64,000 nt of DNA from Penicillus capitatus. Taxonomy: Eukaryota > Plantae > Chlorophyta. The stretch is from assembly GCA_965649825.1 (NCBI GenBank), contig OZ287695.1, positions 806,001 through 870,000 of the forward strand. The letters are read 5' to 3'. This document shows positions 61,801-64,000 of the stretch, piece by piece; position 1 is the stretch's first letter, and each line of letters starts with the position of its first letter. Both the position numbers and the translations under genes were made by a program. The notes beneath the pieces are model-generated. The model was not told the DNA's origin, ran no database searches, and was given only the letters and a program-made list of their open reading frames with translations.

Positions 61801-62055
61801 GCATCTACGCCATCCTACAAGATACAATGGTCACGACGCAGCGAAAGGAACGTGCGAGATTACGACAATGTAGGGCCCTTTTCCCCCTTTGGAGCTTGGC
61901 TCTCTTGTTTTATCTAAACAATCACCCGTGTCGGAGTGACAACCGACAGAAGACTCACTCTGGACTTGAGGACTGGCGTCGGCATAGAAGTGCAGCAGGG
62001 ATGCTAACAGGAGCAGAACTGCGATGGCTCTTTTTGGCAACGAGGGAAACGACAT
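58841..62055 (-). CDS. Secreted S1A serine protease-ankyrin repeat fusion, gene D (17 exons, 10 internal ankyrin exons)
   Basis: Signal peptide MSFPSLPKRAIAVLLLLASLLHFYADA; activation site GPY|IVDG; motifs ITAAHC, YDIAVVKL and NTCKG|DSGGP (Asn189). Ankyrin exons 60476-60372 (105 nt) and nine of 99 nt from 60324-60226 to 59121-59023. The last intron is GC-AG; the C-cap exon is 58978-58841. Confidence 0.92.
59272..60027 (-). repeat. Five-unit tandem repeat with 151-nt period (52-nt intron + 99-nt ankyrin exon) inside gene D
   Basis: The exon/donor junction sequence recurs at 59321, 59472, 59623, 59774 and 59925. The introns are mutually homologous (GTCAGT..ACAAAACTGTCGA(C/G)TG(C/T)CAG). Confidence 0.97.
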
Positions 62056-62765
62056 GTTTGAGGAATGAGAGAAGACGGTGGCTACTGAAACGCCAACAGC
62101 TGTTTAAATAGACTCAGCGCTATCCATTCGTCACATCGCATTGCAGTAACCACCACGATGACTTCTGGACACCGCACAACGAGAATAACTACCACGTGTC
62201 TATTACGGTTCTGCATCAATTCACTCCAGTCTTTTCAATCATCTTTCAAATAGAGTATTGTTAGAGCAAGCTGTTCCTTCGCGTGAGAATGAGTGAGCTC
62301 ATACAAGAGCATTCCTAAGTACGTTTACGGTTTGCTTTCTCCACAAATTGTCCGCTTTCCGTCTATAACATTCACTTCCCAATCCCGATGTTTCCCACTG
62401 TGATCAAACGCAGAGGAGGAGGTTAAGAATGTGAACGCACAGCACTGCACTCATCTAAACAGGCTGCGGTTCGCCAGACAGCCATCAAAAAGAAAATATG
62501 TCTCCATAATTTCACTGCCTGAAACAAAAATCTAAAAGCCTGAAGACTAAGAGACGTGATCACTGTAACACGTCTCAACAGAACGTATAGCAGAGGGAAC
62601 AAGAGAAGAGAAACAAGGCTCGACCAGAAGAACCAGCCAGCTCAATCGAAATCAAATCGTCCAATCGGATATTCTCAAAACTGAGTGACAGGCAATGAAT
62701 GCCACAACGAAATCCCAAGCGGCTCTCATCAGGTTGAGCGCATCTGTCTGTCTGTTGCGTCGGGC

Positions 62766-64000
62766 TCAGCAGATTTCCACAAAACAGCCCGCAGAATCGA
62801 TGCGATGCAGCAGAGGCATTTCCCTCTTCTGTTGTCCCTGATGCACCGAACAGAGACAGTACTCGTAGTCCAGTCTCTCCAGACGATGCCCGATGGACAT
62901 CGAGACCAGATCTGACAGCTGCAGGTTGTGGCATCCCTTGATCGAGAGCTCCTTCACCTCGTGACACGCCTTTTGAAGACTGTGCAGTCCGGCAGCGGTC
63001 ACCGAACTACACCAATTAAGAATCAGACGCTGCAGCTTGGTCAGCTGCGTCAAGCACGCGAGTCCTGCGTCGGTGATGTGACAGAGGAAGCTCAGATCGA
63101 TGTCCTCCAGGAGTGGTGATTCGCCGAGGCAGTTGAGTCCCGCGTCCGTGATCCGAGTGCATCCTCTGAGATGGGCGGAACGCAGGAGAGGAAGACGGCA
63201 GAGCATTTTCAAACCGTTGTCCGTTATCTGATGGCAGTTGCGAAGACAGACGGACTGCAGCGTCTTGCACTGGGCAAGGTCTTCCAGCGTCTCGTCCTTG
63301 ACCCATCCACAGTCTCGCAGGCTGACAGATGCCAGTCGCTTCATCTTGGTCAGAGAAGAGCACCCGAGTGGCTTCATTCCTTGCATGTAGAGATGCGTGA
63401 GGTCTGGCAAGTTCGACAGCTGCTCGATTCCGGCGGACGAGATCGCGTGACAGCTGCTGATGTCCACTCTCTTCAGACTACGGATGTGCTGCAGCCAAAA
63501 CATACCGTCATCCGTCACCCCATCGCACCTACTCAGGTTGAGCACTTCTAGTTCGAGTTCGTTCAACGACATCAGTCCGTCGTCCGTGACGTCTGTGCCG
63601 GAGAGGTTCAGGACACGCAGTGTCGGGACGGAGATCAGACATTCCACAGCTTCGTCGTCGACATCCACGCAGTTTTTCAGATTCAGCACCTCCAAGTGGG
63701 AAAGCGAGGCGATGGAGCAGAAGGCTGATGGGGTAAGGGCATTCCATGACAAATCGAGGCTGGTCAGTTGCGGAAAGACTTCAAACCTGTCGAATGTTGT
63801 GTACGGACGCACGGCACAGGATGCATCGCATCCTGGATGCATAGGCAGCAGACGGAGGAACTGCAGCTGGGGTAGAACTCCTTCCAGCATCTCCCATCCG
63901 TTTTCGCTGACTCCGGGGCCACATCGCAGTGTGACGTCACGCAGTGTGGGGATCTCTGCCAATCTCTGGCCGATCTGCTTCAGTTCCGCATCGTCGGCGA
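62766..64000 (-). CDS. RNI-like/AMN1-type cysteine-containing LRR protein (FBXL-like); 5' end beyond the window
   Basis: Repeated L..L.L..C..ITD.GL..L units; the frame stays open to the window edge (ADDAELKQIGQRLAEIP...). Confidence 0.88.
   Translation of the reverse strand, partial: ADDAELKQIGQRLAEIPTLRDVTLRCGPGVSENGWEMLEGVLPQLQFLRLLPMHPGCDASCAVRPYTTFDRFEVFPQLTSLDLSWNALTPSAFCSIASLSHLEVLNLKNCVDVDDEAVECLISVPTLRVLNLSGTDVTDDGLMSLNELELEVLNLSRCDGVTDDGMFWLQHIRSLKRVDISSCHAISSAGIEQLSNLPDLTHLYMQGMKPLGCSSLTKMKRLASVSLRDCGWVKDETLEDLAQCKTLQSVCLRNCHQITDNGLKMLCRLPLLRSAHLRGCTRITDAGLNCLGESPLLEDIDLSFLCHITDAGLACLTQLTKLQRLILNWCSSVTAAGLHSLQKACHEVKELSIKGCHNLQLSDLVSMSIGHRLERLDYEYCLCSVHQGQQKREMPLLHRIDSAGCFVEIC

Noticed and set aside
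16102-63747. Long antisense or alternate-frame ORFs over the lipase, TRAPPC8, MATE, AAA, carrier, MutS2 and LRR genes (e.g. 16541-17206, 36144-36911, 37055-37987, 49625-50353)
   Set aside because: Shadow ORFs of GC-rich coding sequence with no independent motifs.

Overview
Compact eukaryotic nuclear DNA, about 50% GC, standard genetic code, introns mostly 43-70 nt. It is most likely a chlorophyte green alga, possibly a siphonous ulvophyte. That is inferred from plant-type MutS2, FHA-AAA ATPase and plastid MATE/FHA genes, TGTAA motifs and gene density. All gene models were spliced by hand and no alignments or searches were run. The right part (33-58 kb, 62.8-64 kb) is mostly conserved housekeeping genes: TRAPPC8/Trs85, MATE, FHA-AAA ATPase, mitochondrial carrier, MutS2, UBTD-like, FHA-like and an LRR protein. 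The accessory parts (1.7-33 kb, 45-48.5 kb, 55-56 kb, 58.8-62 kb) hold duplicated, lineage-specific-looking genes. The main observation is four paralogous genes for secreted S1/trypsin-fold protease zymogens fused to ankyrin arrays. Each internal repeat is one 99-nt phase-0 exon, and the array has 4, 4, 5 or 10 such exons. One array is expanding as an exact 151-nt intron+exon unit. The S1-pocket residue co-varies with the P1 residue of each enzyme's own activation site, and one copy has an in-frame duplicated splice acceptor at the catalytic serine. Other items: a tandem pair of unknown Cys/Trp-repeat three-TM surface proteins, two dispersed paralogs sharing an unnamed C-terminal domain, a 44-aa spliced membrane microprotein, several GC-AG introns, two candidate bicistronic gene pairs, a truncated inverted lipase copy and a decayed spliced gene island. 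No rRNA, tRNA or CRISPR array was seen.
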